DNA of 64,000 bases from an uncultured Candidatus Saccharibacteria bacterium (GTDB lineage: Bacteria; Patescibacteriota; Minisyncoccia; Minisyncoccales; Staskawiczbacteraceae): positions 189,846-253,845 of the forward strand of contig CAYRVC010000001.1 in the NCBI GenBank assembly GCA_964427585.1, read 5' to 3'. A program made the position numbers and the translations under genes. Below, one piece after another: positions 10,668 to 21,101 of the stretch. Within the stretch, counting starts at the first letter, position 1, and each line of letters begins with the position of its first letter. The notes below the pieces were generated by a model. The model ran no database searches, was not told where the DNA came from, and saw nothing but the letters and a program-made list of their open reading frames with translations.

Positions 10668-11921
10668 ATGAAAATTTTGATCATCAGCCCGGAATCTCCG
10701 GAAATAAGCGTTGGGGGAGTTGAAAGAGATATGAAAAATTTGATTGACTACTGCCTAAGAAAAAATAAAGAGGCTGTATTTTTACTGCCAACCAACGGCA
10801 AGGAAACAACCGAGAGAAATGGCAACGTGCTGATATTAAGAAAAAACTTTCTTTATTTGAACTATAAAACGGTTTTCAATAAAAAAGAGGTGCCTGAAAG
10901 GGAATTAAGAGAAAAATCAAAAAGTTTCTTCGTTTTTCTTTTAAACATGCTTGAGGAAGAAAAAATAGACCTGGTGGACTCCCAAAATTTTTATACCGGG
11001 TTTCCGCCGATTTACAGCCTTGTCTTAAATATGGCCTGTTTTTCAAAAAACATACCTTTGGTTTTAAGGTGCCATTCTTTCACGAAAACGGAAATGCAAA
11101 AATCAATCGTCAACGATTTGCTATGGGAAAAAATCGTATGCGTGAGCAAAAGCGTTGCCGGAGACATGTTCAACAAGGGAAGTAGCATAAACAAGCTAAG
11201 CACCCATTATCTTGGGGTAAACATCACGGAATTCAAGCCTCAGGCAGAGAGCCCGTGGCTAAAAAATAATTTAAGATTGGGCGAAAAAACAAAAATAGTT
11301 CTTCATGCTTCCCGCATTATAAGCGGAAGAAAAGATATTTTAAAAGAAAAAGGAATTACCACTTTATTGGAGGCTTTTTCCCAGCTAGCTTTGAAAAACC
11401 AGGATTTGATGCTGGTGATAGCCATGGCAAAACCCCCTGAAAAACTGACGCAGGAATTCAGCCAGGCAAAAGACAAGCTTTCAGGGTACATCAAATTGAA
11501 CAACCTGGAAGGAAGAGTTTTGCTGAAAGAATTTGAGCTGGAGGAAATGCCATTGGTGTATAACGGGGCGAATATTTTCGTGCTTGCCTCCGAAAATGAA
11601 ACTTTCGGCCAGGTATACATAGAAGCAATGGCCTGCGGAACGCCGGTTATAGGAGCTAATGTGGGAGGCATTCCGGAAATTATCACTGACAATTACGACG
11701 GATTCCTGAGTCCTCCCAATAACTCCATTTTACTGGCCCAAAAAATAGAGGGGCTGATTTACGATGAAAAAACCAGGAAAGAGTTCATAAAAAACGGCCT
11801 TAAAACAATAAGAAGGAAATTTTCCATTGACAGACAGTTGGGGATCCTGTTCAATTATTTTGAAAAAATTGTCGCAGGCCGGCTAATTTTATTTAAGGCG
11901 AGCCTATCTGCTTTCAGCTAA
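10668..11921 (+). CDS. glycosyltransferase, GT4 (GT-B) family
   Basis: C-terminal E(x7)E-type region: SENETFGQVYIEAMACGTPVIGANVGGIPEII. Confidence 0.8.
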   Translation: MKILIISPESPEISVGGVERDMKNLIDYCLRKNKEAVFLLPTNGKETTERNGNVLILRKNFLYLNYKTVFNKKEVPERELREKSKSFFVFLLNMLEEEKIDLVDSQNFYTGFPPIYSLVLNMACFSKNIPLVLRCHSFTKTEMQKSIVNDLLWEKIVCVSKSVAGDMFNKGSSINKLSTHYLGVNITEFKPQAESPWLKNNLRLGEKTKIVLHASRIISGRKDILKEKGITTLLEAFSQLALKNQDLMLVIAMAKPPEKLTQEFSQAKDKLSGYIKLNNLEGRVLLKEFELEEMPLVYNGANIFVLASENETFGQVYIEAMACGTPVIGANVGGIPEIITDNYDGFLSPPNNSILLAQKIEGLIYDEKTRKEFIKNGLKTIRRKFSIDRQLGILFNYFEKIVAGRLILFKASLSAFS

Positions 11922-11933
11922 CTTGCATTTTTT

Positions 11934-13499
11934 ATGAAAACAGGGAAACCGGCTGTTATTGTCATCCATATTTTGCTGTTTTTTTGGTTTTCTCTTTTTT
12001 TGGCAGAAAAAATCGACTTGACCACAGCGGACCTGGGGAGACACATTAAAAACGGGGAAATTATCCTATCGTCATTTTTCCAGAATTCCGGCAAGGGGGA
12101 TATTTTCAGTAAAAATTTTTACTCTTATACCAATCCTGATTTTTCTTTTATAAACCACCACTGGGCGTCAGGAGTGGTTTTTTATTTGATATACAAGGCC
12201 GGAGGGTTTGAGGCTTTATCTTTTTTTTATATTCTGGTTTACGTTTTGGCTTTCGGAATTTTCTTTTTCATGGCAAAAAATGAAGCGGGCAGCTTACCGG
12301 CCGTTGCGTTGTCGATGCTGATGATTCCCTTAATGGCTTCAAGGACAGAAATAAGGCCGGAGGTTTTCAGTTATCTTTTTTCCGGAATATTCTTTTACAT
12401 CTGTTTGTGTTCCAGAAAGGGAAAAATAAGCCCGAATTGGCTTTACCTGTTTATCCCTCTGTCTTTTCTCTGGGTGAATCTGCATATTGCTTTCTTTTTC
12501 GGATTTTTGATAATAGGCATATTTTTAGCGGAAGGCTTTTTAACCTCACATTATTCAAAGAAATTAATGTTTTCTTTTGTCATTTCCTTATTTGTCGTTC
12601 TTTTAAATCCCAACGGATTGGCCGGGGCATTGGAGCCATTGAATATTTTTAAGAACTACGGATATCTTGTTTTTGAAAACCAATCAATAGGTTTTTTGAA
12701 GAAATTAGGCCATGCATCAAGGTTGAATTTTTGGCTGTTTAAATTTTCTTTTATAATCCTTGTTATAAGCTTTATTGGCGTATTTATAAAACAAAGAACA
12801 CTTCCCTTGCCTAATTTTTTTCTGGCTTTTGTTTTTGCTTTTATGGCGTATAGGGGAATCAGAAATTTCCCGTTTTTCGGATTTTTCGCCCTGCCGGTTA
12901 TTTCTGAAAATATCAAAATTTTTAGCTCAAACTTTTCTGGTGAAAAAATTAAGCAATTAAAGAAAATTATTTCCACATCGGCAATAATTTTTATCGCCAT
13001 CGGATTTTTACAGGGGTTTGTTTATTTTTACCGGCAGAAAGACATTGCTGGCCTGGGCATCAGGGAAGGAGCTAATGATTCAGCGAATTTTTTCAAGGAA
13101 AATAATATCCAGGGGCCTGTTTTCAATAATTACGACATCGGCGGATATTTGATTTACCATTTATATCCCGAACATAAGGTTTTTGTCGACAACAGGCCGG
13201 AGGCCTATCCCGCCTCGTTCTTTGAAAGCGCGTATATTCCGGCCCAGGAAAACGAAGAAAAATGGCTCCAGCTTGAAAAGCAATACGATTTCAACGCCAT
13301 TTTCTTTTCCTGGAGGGACTATACCCCCTGGGCCCAGAACTTCCTGATACAAAGAATAAACGACAAAAGCTTCGTCCCCGTATTCGCTGACGATTATAAT
13401 ATAATTTTTGTAAAAAGAACGGATCAAAACAAAAACATCATTGAAAAATACGAATTGCTAAAGGAAATGTTCAAAGTAAATAAAAAACCCGAAAGTTAA
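11934..13499 (+). CDS. polytopic membrane protein, possible GT-C-type glycosyltransferase
   Basis: About 12 predicted TM segments then a soluble C-terminal domain. Adjacent to the GT4 gene. Function is inferred only. Confidence 0.4.
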   Translation: MKTGKPAVIVIHILLFFWFSLFLAEKIDLTTADLGRHIKNGEIILSSFFQNSGKGDIFSKNFYSYTNPDFSFINHHWASGVVFYLIYKAGGFEALSFFYILVYVLAFGIFFFMAKNEAGSLPAVALSMLMIPLMASRTEIRPEVFSYLFSGIFFYICLCSRKGKISPNWLYLFIPLSFLWVNLHIAFFFGFLIIGIFLAEGFLTSHYSKKLMFSFVISLFVVLLNPNGLAGALEPLNIFKNYGYLVFENQSIGFLKKLGHASRLNFWLFKFSFIILVISFIGVFIKQRTLPLPNFFLAFVFAFMAYRGIRNFPFFGFFALPVISENIKIFSSNFSGEKIKQLKKIISTSAIIFIAIGFLQGFVYFYRQKDIAGLGIREGANDSANFFKENNIQGPVFNNYDIGGYLIYHLYPEHKVFVDNRPEAYPASFFESAYIPAQENEEKWLQLEKQYDFNAIFFSWRDYTPWAQNFLIQRINDKSFVPVFADDYNIIFVKRTDQNKNIIEKYELLKEMFKVNKKPES

Positions 13500-13651
13500 T
13501 CCGGGGTATTTTTTTTGTTTTTTTCTTCTTGCTTTTTGCCGGTTTTTATAAATTTAGGGTGCCAAGTTTCTATTGTTAAAATATATATTATAAATACAGA
13601 GATAGATACTCCTAAAAAAATCGTCAACAACAGCTCGGTTATCCGCCACAT
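13496..13651 (-). CDS. small (51 aa) membrane protein, not in ORF track
   Basis: AAGGAGAG RBS 6 nt before the ATG at 13651. Translation MWRITELLLTIFLGVSISVFIIYILTIETWHPKFIKTGKKQEEKNKKNTPD*. Confidence 0.35.
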   Translation of the reverse strand: MWRITELLLTIFLGVSISVFIIYILTIETWHPKFIKTGKKQEEKNKKNTPD

Positions 13652-13741
13652 CTTTGTCTCTCCTTGATTTTAATGTGCAATTAATTTAATTATAATAAAC
13701 TTACTGTTTAATATACTCTAATTGCGCCAAAATAACAAGTT

Positions 13742-14056
13742 ATGAAAAAACAAATAAAAATATTAACCGAAAAAGAATTGTCAGAAGAGCTGAAAAAAAT
13801 TCCCGGTTGGGAAAAAAGGGGAAATAAAATCGCAAAAGAATTCAAATTTGCGGACTTTATGGATTCGCTGAACTTTATAAACGCCATTGCTCCTTTTTGT
13901 GAAAAAATTGACCACCACCCGGATGCCCATATTTTTTACAGCCGGGTTTTATTCGAGCTGACAAGATACGACGTTGGAGAAAAAATTACAAATCACGACA
14001 TAGCCGTGGCAAAAGAAATAGAAAGACTGTATAATGAAAAGCAGGAATCAGCTTAG
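13742..14056 (+). CDS. phhB: pterin-4a-carbinolamine dehydratase (PCD/DCoH)
   Basis: GW....I.KEF.F.DF..A..F...IA..CEK.DHHPD motif. Confidence 0.8.
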   Translation: MKKQIKILTEKELSEELKKIPGWEKRGNKIAKEFKFADFMDSLNFINAIAPFCEKIDHHPDAHIFYSRVLFELTRYDVGEKITNHDIAVAKEIERLYNEKQESA

Positions 14057-14073
14057 ATTGGAATAAAATCTAA

Positions 14074-16998
14074 ATGGCTTTGGATTTATCAAAATTGAAC
14101 AGTGAGCAAAAAGAGGCTGTTTTGCATGAAAAAGGGCCTCTTTTGATTGTGGCTGGAGCCGGAACCGGCAAGACAACAGTCATCACTCAAAGAATAGTAA
14201 ACCTGATTGAAAAGGGGCTGGCCAAGCCCGAGGAAATTTTAGCCGTGACTTTCACGGAAAAAGCCGCTTCTGAAATGGAAGAAAGGGTGGATAAGCATTT
14301 GGAATACGGCTACATTGATTTATGGATTTCAACATTCCACTCTTTCTCTGAAAGAGTTTTAAGGGAAAATGCTTTAGATATCGGCCTGCCGTCAGATTTC
14401 AAAATACTTGATGGCACTTCTGCCTGGCTTTTGGCAAGGAGAAATCTGGACAAATTCGACTTAAAATATTACAAAACCCTGGGAAATCCTTCTAAATTCA
14501 TTCAGGCCTTGATTTCCCATTTTTCAAGGTGCAAAGACCAGGAAATTTATCCGGACAACTATTTGAATTACGGAGAAAGCCTGAAAACAAGGGACGATTT
14601 TCCAGAAAACGAAGAAACCATGAGGATTAAGGAAATAGCGGGAGCTTTTCATGTTTATCAAAGGCTTCTTTTGGAAAACAGCTTTCTCGATTTCGGGGAC
14701 CTGATAAACTATACGTTGAAACTGTTCAAAGAGCGCCCTTTAATCCTTAAAAAATACAGGGAAAAATTCAAATACATCCTGGTGGATGAATTCCAGGACA
14801 CCAACTGGTCGCAGTACGAATTAATAAAAATTCTTGCCAGCCCGAAAAACAATCTTACGGTTTCTGCGGACGACGACCAGGCCATTTACCGGTGGAGGGG
14901 AGCGAGTTTTTCCAACATAGTGCAGTTCGCGACTGATTTTGCCGAGGCAAGGCAGATATCATTGATAAAAAATTACAGGTCGAGCCAGAATATCCTGGAT
15001 ATGTCTTATAAATTCATAAAAGCCAACGACCCCGATAGGCTGGAATTCGTAAATAAAATCGACAAAAAACTTGTTTCCAGTAAAAAAGAAAAGGGAACGA
15101 TAGGGCATATTCACGAGAAAACTCTGGACGAGGAGGTGAAAAAAACAACAGAAAAAATCCTGGAATTGCTAAAAACAGATAAAACCGCATCTTATAATGA
15201 TTTCGCGATATTAACCAGGGCTAATGACTCGGCTGTTCCGTTTATCAAATCCCTGGAAAGAGCCGGCCTGCCTTACCAATTTTTAGCTTCAAGGGGACTT
15301 TATTCAAAGCCGGTTATTTTGGATGTCATCTCTTATTTCAGGCTTTTGGACAACTGCCACGAAAGCTCATCCCTCTTTCGAATATTAAATTTGGACTTTT
15401 TGGGAATTCAAGAACAGGAAACAGCCAGCCTTACCCTTTACAGCCATAAAAAGACCAAATCCCTTTTTGAGACTTTGCAGGATTTGCCTTTGCTGCCTAA
15501 AATATCCGCCAAAACCAAAGAAAAAATCAATTTCCTTCTGGCTTTGATCGAAAAACACACCAGGCTGGCGAAAGAAAGGGGCGTCTCTGAAGTTTTTGCG
15601 GCTTTTTTGGAAGATTCAGGATACTTAAAGAGCCTGGTTGCCAAAGAAGACTCAGAAAAAATCGATTTGCTCAACCAGTTTTACAAAAAAATTAAAAGGT
15701 TTGAAGAAACAGCAAAAGACCCCGGCCTAAAAAATTTTATGGAAGAAATCAGCCTTGAGCTGGAGTCGGGGGAAGAAGGAAAACTGGAATTCGATCCTGA
15801 AAAAGGCCCTGATATGATAAAGGTAATGACCATCCATGCCGCCAAGGGCCTTGAATTCAAATATGTTTTTCTGGCTAACATGGTGGATAAAAGATTTCCC
15901 GCTATCGAAAGGAAAGACCCCATCGAACTTCCAGATGAATTGATAAAGGATATAAAGCCCAAGGGCGATGCCCACCTCCAGGAGGAAAGAAGAATCTGCT
16001 ATGTGGCGATGACCAGGGCTAAAAAGGGGCTTTATTTCACTTCAGCTGAAGATTACGGAGGCCAAAGAAAGAAAAAGCTTTCCAGATTTTTGATTGAAAT
16101 GGGATATAGCGATAAATCCCAAATCCCAAATCCCAAATCCCAAAACGAATTTTTTCGGCGAAAAGCGGTTTTGGTTAAAAGAAATAAAAATAAATTGCCT
16201 AACGAATACCTGCCAGAGCATTTCTCTTATTCGCAATTGGCGGCTTTCCAAAAATGCCCCTTGCAATATAAGTTTAATTTTATAATGAAGATTCCGATTA
16301 AGGGAAAAGCGGTGTTTTCTTTCGGCAAAACAATGCACGGCGCGCTTTTTGAATTCCTAAAAAACGCGAACGAATTTGCAAAAATAAAACAGGAAGGCCT
16401 TTTCGGTCCCGGCGACAATAAAAATAACGGCGGAAATTTTGATTATCTGGCTGGTTTATACGAAAAAAACTGGATTGACGAATGGTATGAATCCAAACAG
16501 CAGAAAGAAGAATACAGAAAGCTGGGCAGAAAAATAATCAAGGACTTTTACGAAGAATTTTCCAAAAATCCGCCAAAGATTTTTAAAATCGGAGGAGCCG
16601 CGGCTTTGGAAATTCCTTTTAACTTAAAACTCAAAAGCTATACCATTTTCGGCGTTATTGACCGCATTGACGAAAAAGAAGGCGGAGCCGCAATTGTCGA
16701 TTACAAAACAGGCAAGCCGAAAGATAGGCTTGATTTTGACGACAAAGAACAGCTTTTGATATACCAGATAGCCTGCCAGGAGATTTTCAAAATAAAATTA
16801 AAAGAGCTTACATATTATTATTTGGAGAGTGGAAAAAAAATGTCTTTCCTGGGAAGAGACGGGGAATTGGAAGAGCAGAAAAGAAAAATAATTGAAATAA
16901 TAGAGCAGATAAAAAACAGCGAATTTTCAGCTACCCCCGGCTGGCAATGCAAATTCTGCGATTTTAAAGATATCTGCGACTTTGCGGACAGAAGTTAA
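14074..16998 (+). CDS. UvrD/PcrA/AddA-type SF1 helicase fused to a C-terminal PD-(D/E)XK nuclease with Cys cluster
   Basis: Helicase motifs AGAGTGKT, VDEFQDT, NYRS and TIHAAKGLEF. The C-terminus has VDYKTG and CKFCDFKDIC. Confidence 0.9.
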   Translation: MALDLSKLNSEQKEAVLHEKGPLLIVAGAGTGKTTVITQRIVNLIEKGLAKPEEILAVTFTEKAASEMEERVDKHLEYGYIDLWISTFHSFSERVLRENALDIGLPSDFKILDGTSAWLLARRNLDKFDLKYYKTLGNPSKFIQALISHFSRCKDQEIYPDNYLNYGESLKTRDDFPENEETMRIKEIAGAFHVYQRLLLENSFLDFGDLINYTLKLFKERPLILKKYREKFKYILVDEFQDTNWSQYELIKILASPKNNLTVSADDDQAIYRWRGASFSNIVQFATDFAEARQISLIKNYRSSQNILDMSYKFIKANDPDRLEFVNKIDKKLVSSKKEKGTIGHIHEKTLDEEVKKTTEKILELLKTDKTASYNDFAILTRANDSAVPFIKSLERAGLPYQFLASRGLYSKPVILDVISYFRLLDNCHESSSLFRILNLDFLGIQEQETASLTLYSHKKTKSLFETLQDLPLLPKISAKTKEKINFLLALIEKHTRLAKERGVSEVFAAFLEDSGYLKSLVAKEDSEKIDLLNQFYKKIKRFEETAKDPGLKNFMEEISLELESGEEGKLEFDPEKGPDMIKVMTIHAAKGLEFKYVFLANMVDKRFPAIERKDPIELPDELIKDIKPKGDAHLQEERRICYVAMTRAKKGLYFTSAEDYGGQRKKKLSRFLIEMGYSDKSQIPNPKSQNEFFRRKAVLVKRNKNKLPNEYLPEHFSYSQLAAFQKCPLQYKFNFIMKIPIKGKAVFSFGKTMHGALFEFLKNANEFAKIKQEGLFGPGDNKNNGGNFDYLAGLYEKNWIDEWYESKQQKEEYRKLGRKIIKDFYEEFSKNPPKIFKIGGAAALEIPFNLKLKSYTIFGVIDRIDEKEGGAAIVDYKTGKPKDRLDFDDKEQLLIYQIACQEIFKIKLKELTYYYLESGKKMSFLGRDGELEEQKRKIIEIIEQIKNSEFSATPGWQCKFCDFKDICDFADRS
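16114..16141. repeat. 4 x AAATCCC heptamer repeat inside the helicase CDS
   Basis: Counted directly. Translated as KSQIPNPKSQ. Related to the arms of the MITE-like elements at 48194 and 62924. Confidence 0.85.
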
Positions 16999-17041
16999 TG
17001 TAGTATAATGGAGAAATACATAAAATCTGAAACAAAGATAA

Positions 17042-17578
17042 TTGCAAAAAATGAAACCAATTAATTTTATAATAATTTTAACGGCAATATCGGTTACCGC
17101 ATTTTTTTCTTATTTTCTCTGGCAAGATTTGAAAACCGGAGTCAAAAATCAGCAGCAACCAAAACAGGCATCTTCAAAAAATAGCCTGGCAGAGGCAAAA
17201 CCGCCGAAAAACCAGGCAATGGAACCAAGGACCGGCCTTTCAAACTATGAAATCATGGGCATGAAAGTGGAGGTTTTGAGAATCGGCGCGGGGGAGTCGG
17301 CAAAAAAAGGCGACAGAGTCAATGTGCATTATGTAGGCACGCTTGAAAATGGAAAAAAATTCGATTCCAGCATAGACAGGGAAGATCCGTTTTCTTTCAA
17401 ATTGGGAGAAAACAGCGTAATAAAAGGATGGGAATTAGGGGTTTTGGGAATGAAGCTTGGAGAAAAAAGGCGGCTTACAATACCGCCGGAATTGGGTTAT
17501 GGAAACCAGGGCGCGGGCGGAGTGATTCCTCCGGTTTCAACATTAATATTTGAAATTGAACTTTTAAAAATTAATTAA
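17042..17578 (+). CDS. FKBP-type peptidyl-prolyl cis-trans isomerase, membrane-anchored
   Basis: V.VHY.G.L.NGKKFDSS........F.LG...VI.GWE.G..GMK.G.KR.L.IPP.LGYG. The ATG at 17051 is an alternative start. Confidence 0.85.
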   Translation: MQKMKPINFIIILTAISVTAFFSYFLWQDLKTGVKNQQQPKQASSKNSLAEAKPPKNQAMEPRTGLSNYEIMGMKVEVLRIGAGESAKKGDRVNVHYVGTLENGKKFDSSIDREDPFSFKLGENSVIKGWELGVLGMKLGEKRRLTIPPELGYGNQGAGGVIPPVSTLIFEIELLKIN

Positions 17579-17612
17579 GCACATTAAAAATAAAATAAGG
17601 CAAGGAGGAACT

Positions 17613-17819
17613 ATGCCAGAACCAGAACACGATCTTATGATGATTGGTTTTTCAAGAACCGGAGAACGGTATTTTTTCTTCTTTACCGCTGAAAAAATTG
17701 ACCAAACCATTGAAACGTTCAGGCGCTTTGCCGCCAACCCCGATTTGAATTTTACTTCAGAAGACGCCGAATTCTTGAGCGAAAAAGTCCGGGAGGAGAA
17801 GAAGATAAAACCAACATAA
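17613..17819 (+). CDS. hypothetical small protein
   Basis: Strong RBS AAGGAGG 5 nt upstream. Confidence 0.55.
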   Translation: MPEPEHDLMMIGFSRTGERYFFFFTAEKIDQTIETFRRFAANPDLNFTSEDAEFLSEKVREEKKIKPT

Positions 17820-17869
17820 AAACAAATATGGAAAAGATATTTAAAAACAGGTTCGGCTAAAAAAACTAA

Positions 17870-17900
17870 AAAAAGCCTGAAAATTATTTTCAGGCTTTTT
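17870..17900 (+). terminator. rho-independent terminator
   Basis: GCCTGAAAA / TTTTCAGGC stem with a TTA loop, then a T-run. Confidence 0.7.
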
Positions 17901-17904
17901 AATT

Positions 17905-17942
17905 ATTATCACTCTTGACAAGCGATTGCCAATTTAATAAGA
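17905..17942 (+). promoter_or_regulatory. degenerate CIRCE-like inverted repeat overlapping the hrcA promoter
   Basis: TTATCACTC-N9-GATTGCCAA matches the CIRCE consensus TTAGCACTC-N9-GAGTGCTAA at 8/9 and 7/9 positions. TTGACA (17914-17919), 17 nt spacer, TAAGAT (17937-17942). Confidence 0.5.
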
Positions 17943-17949
17943 TGTATTT

Positions 17950-18444
17950 ATGATAACAGAGCGGCAGGAAAAATTATTGAATTATTTAATCAAGGAATAC
18001 ATAAGCAAGTCTGAACCGGTAAGCTCTAATGCCCTAAAAAAAGCGGCTGATTTGGATATTTGCGGAGCAACGATAAGAAACGACCTTCAGCAACTGACCA
18101 AACACGGATATATAGAACAGCCTCATACTTCAGCTGGCAGGGTGCCGACAAAAAAAGCATACAAACGCTTCGCGGATAGCGTTGCCAATGAAAGAGAGAA
18201 GGTATTTTCAGATTTTATCTCCAGGCAGATAAAAATGGCCCAGGGGCAAATTGAGCAAGAGATGAGGCTGGCCGAGGAATTGATTGAGTCATTGTCAGAA
18301 ACGTCCTCGATGCTGTCTTTTTCCACGGCTGAATCAAGCGATGATTTGTTTGAAATTTTAAACATTCTCAGCCAGTCAAAAACAACTTTCGGAAAAAATA
18401 TCAATATTATTAACGAAATAATAGAAGAATTAGAAAATTTTTAA
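17950..18444 (+). CDS. hrcA: HrcA-like heat-shock repressor, short form (164 aa)
   Basis: N-terminal wHTH: R...LL..L...Y....EPVSS..L........ATIRND...L...GY...PHTSAGRVPT..AY. First gene of the hrcA-grpE-dnaK-dnaJ order. Confidence 0.75.
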   Translation: MITERQEKLLNYLIKEYISKSEPVSSNALKKAADLDICGATIRNDLQQLTKHGYIEQPHTSAGRVPTKKAYKRFADSVANEREKVFSDFISRQIKMAQGQIEQEMRLAEELIESLSETSSMLSFSTAESSDDLFEILNILSQSKTTFGKNINIINEIIEELENF

Positions 18445-18448
18445 TAAT

Positions 18449-18955
18449 ATGGAAGAAAAAGAAATAAGCATTGAAGAACTGCAGAAACAAGTTGAAGATT
18501 GCAGATTAAGGTCTGAAGAATACTTGGCAGGCTGGAAAAGGGAGCGGGCGGATTTCATAAACTACAAGAAAGACGAAATGGAAAAAATGGGGGAATTGAT
18601 AAAATACGCCAATGAAGAATTAATCTTAAAGATTCTTCCGATTTTGGATAATTTTTATCTCGCCGAAAAACATATTCCCGAAGACAACGAATTTACGGAA
18701 GGTTTTTTACAGATTAAAAAACAGCTACAAGATTTTTTAGCGAAAGAGGGAATCGAGGAAATAAAAACGATCGGAGAAAAATTTAACCCGAACACAATGG
18801 AGGTAGTTGAAGAGGTAGACGGAGACCCGTTCTCCGCTAAAGATAACGGAGAACGGGTCTCCGCGAATACCGGAACTGTTGCTGAGGAAATCCAAAAAGG
18901 ATACAAGATGGACGACAAAATTATAAGGCCGGCTAAAGTAAAAATAGTGAAATGA
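18449..18955 (+). CDS. grpE: nucleotide exchange factor GrpE
   Basis: RERADFINYKK, ILPILDNF and the C-terminal beta domain ...IRPAKV.V. Confidence 0.9.
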   Translation: MEEKEISIEELQKQVEDCRLRSEEYLAGWKRERADFINYKKDEMEKMGELIKYANEELILKILPILDNFYLAEKHIPEDNEFTEGFLQIKKQLQDFLAKEGIEEIKTIGEKFNPNTMEVVEEVDGDPFSAKDNGERVSANTGTVAEEIQKGYKMDDKIIRPAKVKIVK

Positions 18956-18990
18956 ATATAAATTTAATATAATTTTATTGCGCGACTATT

Positions 18991-19018
18991 TAGTGCCACC
19001 GATGGGTCGGTGGTACTA
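18991..19018 (+). terminator. 12-bp-stem palindrome TAGTGCCACCGA-TGGG-TCGGTGGTACTA, then ATTATGCGACAA
   Basis: Downstream of grpE and upstream of dnaK. A near-identical composite lies at 50509-50552 on the opposite strand. Could be a terminator or an operator. Confidence 0.4.
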
Positions 19019-19052
19019 TTATGCGACAATATTAAAATAAAATATTAAACAT

Positions 19053-20963
19053 ATGTCAAAAATTTTAGGAATTGATTTGGGAACAACATTTTCCGCAATG
19101 GCTGTGGTGGAGTCTGGCGAGGCAAAAATAATCGAAAATAAAGAGGGGGCCAGAACAACTCCTTCCATTGTGGCTGTAAATAAAAACAATGAAAGAACCG
19201 TGGGGATTTTGGCCAAAAGGCAGGCTGTCACAAACCATCATAATACAATTTTTTCCGTAAAAAGGCTGATTGGCAGAAAATTTTCCGATCCGGAAGTCCA
19301 AAGAGATAAAAAATTATTGCCTTACGAAATCAGAGAATCGTCTGACGGAGGGGTGGATGTGAAAATGGGGGACAAATGGTTAAACCCGGCTGAAATTTCA
19401 GCAATGATTTTGCAGAAGTTAAAACAGGATGCCGAGGCAAAGCTGGGGGAAGCCATAACAGAAGCGATTATCACTTGCCCGGCATATTTTGACGACTCCC
19501 AAAGAAAGGCGACAAAGGTGGCCGGAGAGATAGCCGGATTTAATGTAAAAAGGGTAATAAATGAACCAACCGCGGCCGCCCTGGCTTACGGGTTAAACAA
19601 AAAAAAGGATGAAAAGATTGTTGTTTATGATTTCGGCGGAGGCACTTTTGATATTTCAATTCTGGACATTGGAGCTGACACCGTTGAAGTAAAGGCAACG
19701 GGAGGGGACACGCATCTTGGAGGAGACGATTTTGACCAGCGGATAATGGACTGGCTGGTGAAAGAATTTAAAAAAGACCAGGGCATTGATCTTGAAAAAG
19801 ACAACCTGGCTTTGCAAAGAATAAAAGAAGCGGCGGAAAAAGCAAAATTGGAACTGTCTTCGAGCCTGGAAACGGAAATAAATCTTCCCTTTATAACCTC
19901 AGACGAATCAGGCCCGAAGCACTTGCTGTACAGGCTCACCAGGGCTCAGCTTGAAAATATGGTGCACGATTACGTTGAAAAATCAATCGAACTGGTGAAT
20001 AAAACATTGAACGAGGCGGGGCTTGAACCAAAAGACATCAATGAAATTGTTTTGGTGGGCGGCCAGACAAGAATGCCGAAAATCCAGGAAGAAGTCAGAA
20101 AACTTTTCAACAAAGAACCCAACAAAGAAGTAAATCCGGACGAAGTCGTTGCCATCGGGGCCGCGGTGCAGGGGGGAATACTCCGGGGAGAAGTAAGGGA
20201 TGTTCTGCTCTTGGACGTTACCCCGCTGTCTTTGGGAATTGAAACATTGGGAGGGGTAAACACGATTTTAATCCAAAAAAATACCACGGTGCCCACTGCG
20301 AAAACCCAGGTCTTTTCAACCGCGCAAGACAGCCAGACATCCGTTGAAATTCATGTTCTGCAGGGCGAACGGCCGATGGCGGAAGGAAATAAAAGTTTGG
20401 GCAGGTTTATTTTAGACGGCATACCGCCAGCCCCTCGCGGCCTTCCCCAGGTTGAAGTTTCTTTTGATATTGATGCCAACGGCATTTTGAACGTTTCGGC
20501 CAAAGACAAGGCAACGGGAAAATCCCAGTCGATAAAAATAGAAGGTTCAACCGGACTTTCAAAAGAAGAGATTGAAAAAATGAAAAAAGAAGCGGAACTG
20601 CACGCAGAAGAGGATAAAAAAAAGCAATCGCTGATAGAAACAAAAAATCTGGCGGACAGTCTGGTTTACACTTCGGAAAAAACCTTGAAGGAAAGCGGAG
20701 ACAAAATTCAAGCTGACATTAAAAAAGAGGCCGAAGAAAAAATAGAGGCATTGAAGAAAGCCAAAGAAGGTGATAATATTGAAGATATTAAGAATAAAAC
20801 GCAGGAATTGTCGCAGGCAATACAAAAAGTCGGAACCGAACTTTATAAACAACAGCCGCAAAATCCTCCATCAGGAGAAGGGAAAAACCCTAACGGCCAA
20901 GAAAACCCAAAAAACAACGAAGAACCAAAGGCGGAAGAAGGAGAGTATAAAGAAAAACAATAA
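19053..20963 (+). CDS. dnaK: chaperone DnaK (Hsp70)
   Basis: [25 protein letters not shown]. Confidence 0.98.
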   Translation: MSKILGIDLGTTFSAMAVVESGEAKIIENKEGARTTPSIVAVNKNNERTVGILAKRQAVTNHHNTIFSVKRLIGRKFSDPEVQRDKKLLPYEIRESSDGGVDVKMGDKWLNPAEISAMILQKLKQDAEAKLGEAITEAIITCPAYFDDSQRKATKVAGEIAGFNVKRVINEPTAAALAYGLNKKKDEKIVVYDFGGGTFDISILDIGADTVEVKATGGDTHLGGDDFDQRIMDWLVKEFKKDQGIDLEKDNLALQRIKEAAEKAKLELSSSLETEINLPFITSDESGPKHLLYRLTRAQLENMVHDYVEKSIELVNKTLNEAGLEPKDINEIVLVGGQTRMPKIQEEVRKLFNKEPNKEVNPDEVVAIGAAVQGGILRGEVRDVLLLDVTPLSLGIETLGGVNTILIQKNTTVPTAKTQVFSTAQDSQTSVEIHVLQGERPMAEGNKSLGRFILDGIPPAPRGLPQVEVSFDIDANGILNVSAKDKATGKSQSIKIEGSTGLSKEEIEKMKKEAELHAEEDKKKQSLIETKNLADSLVYTSEKTLKESGDKIQADIKKEAEEKIEALKKAKEGDNIEDIKNKTQELSQAIQKVGTELYKQQPQNPPSGEGKNPNGQENPKNNEEPKAEEGEYKEKQ

Positions 20964-21101
20964 CTAATTATTCTAATTAACCTAATCAATTCACAATGCC
21001 AAAATGCCTAATGTCTAAAACTAGTTTTTGAGTTAGTCATTAGAAATTTAGACATTGATTAGAATAATTAGAGCAATTAGAATAATTAGAATAATTTTAA
21101 A

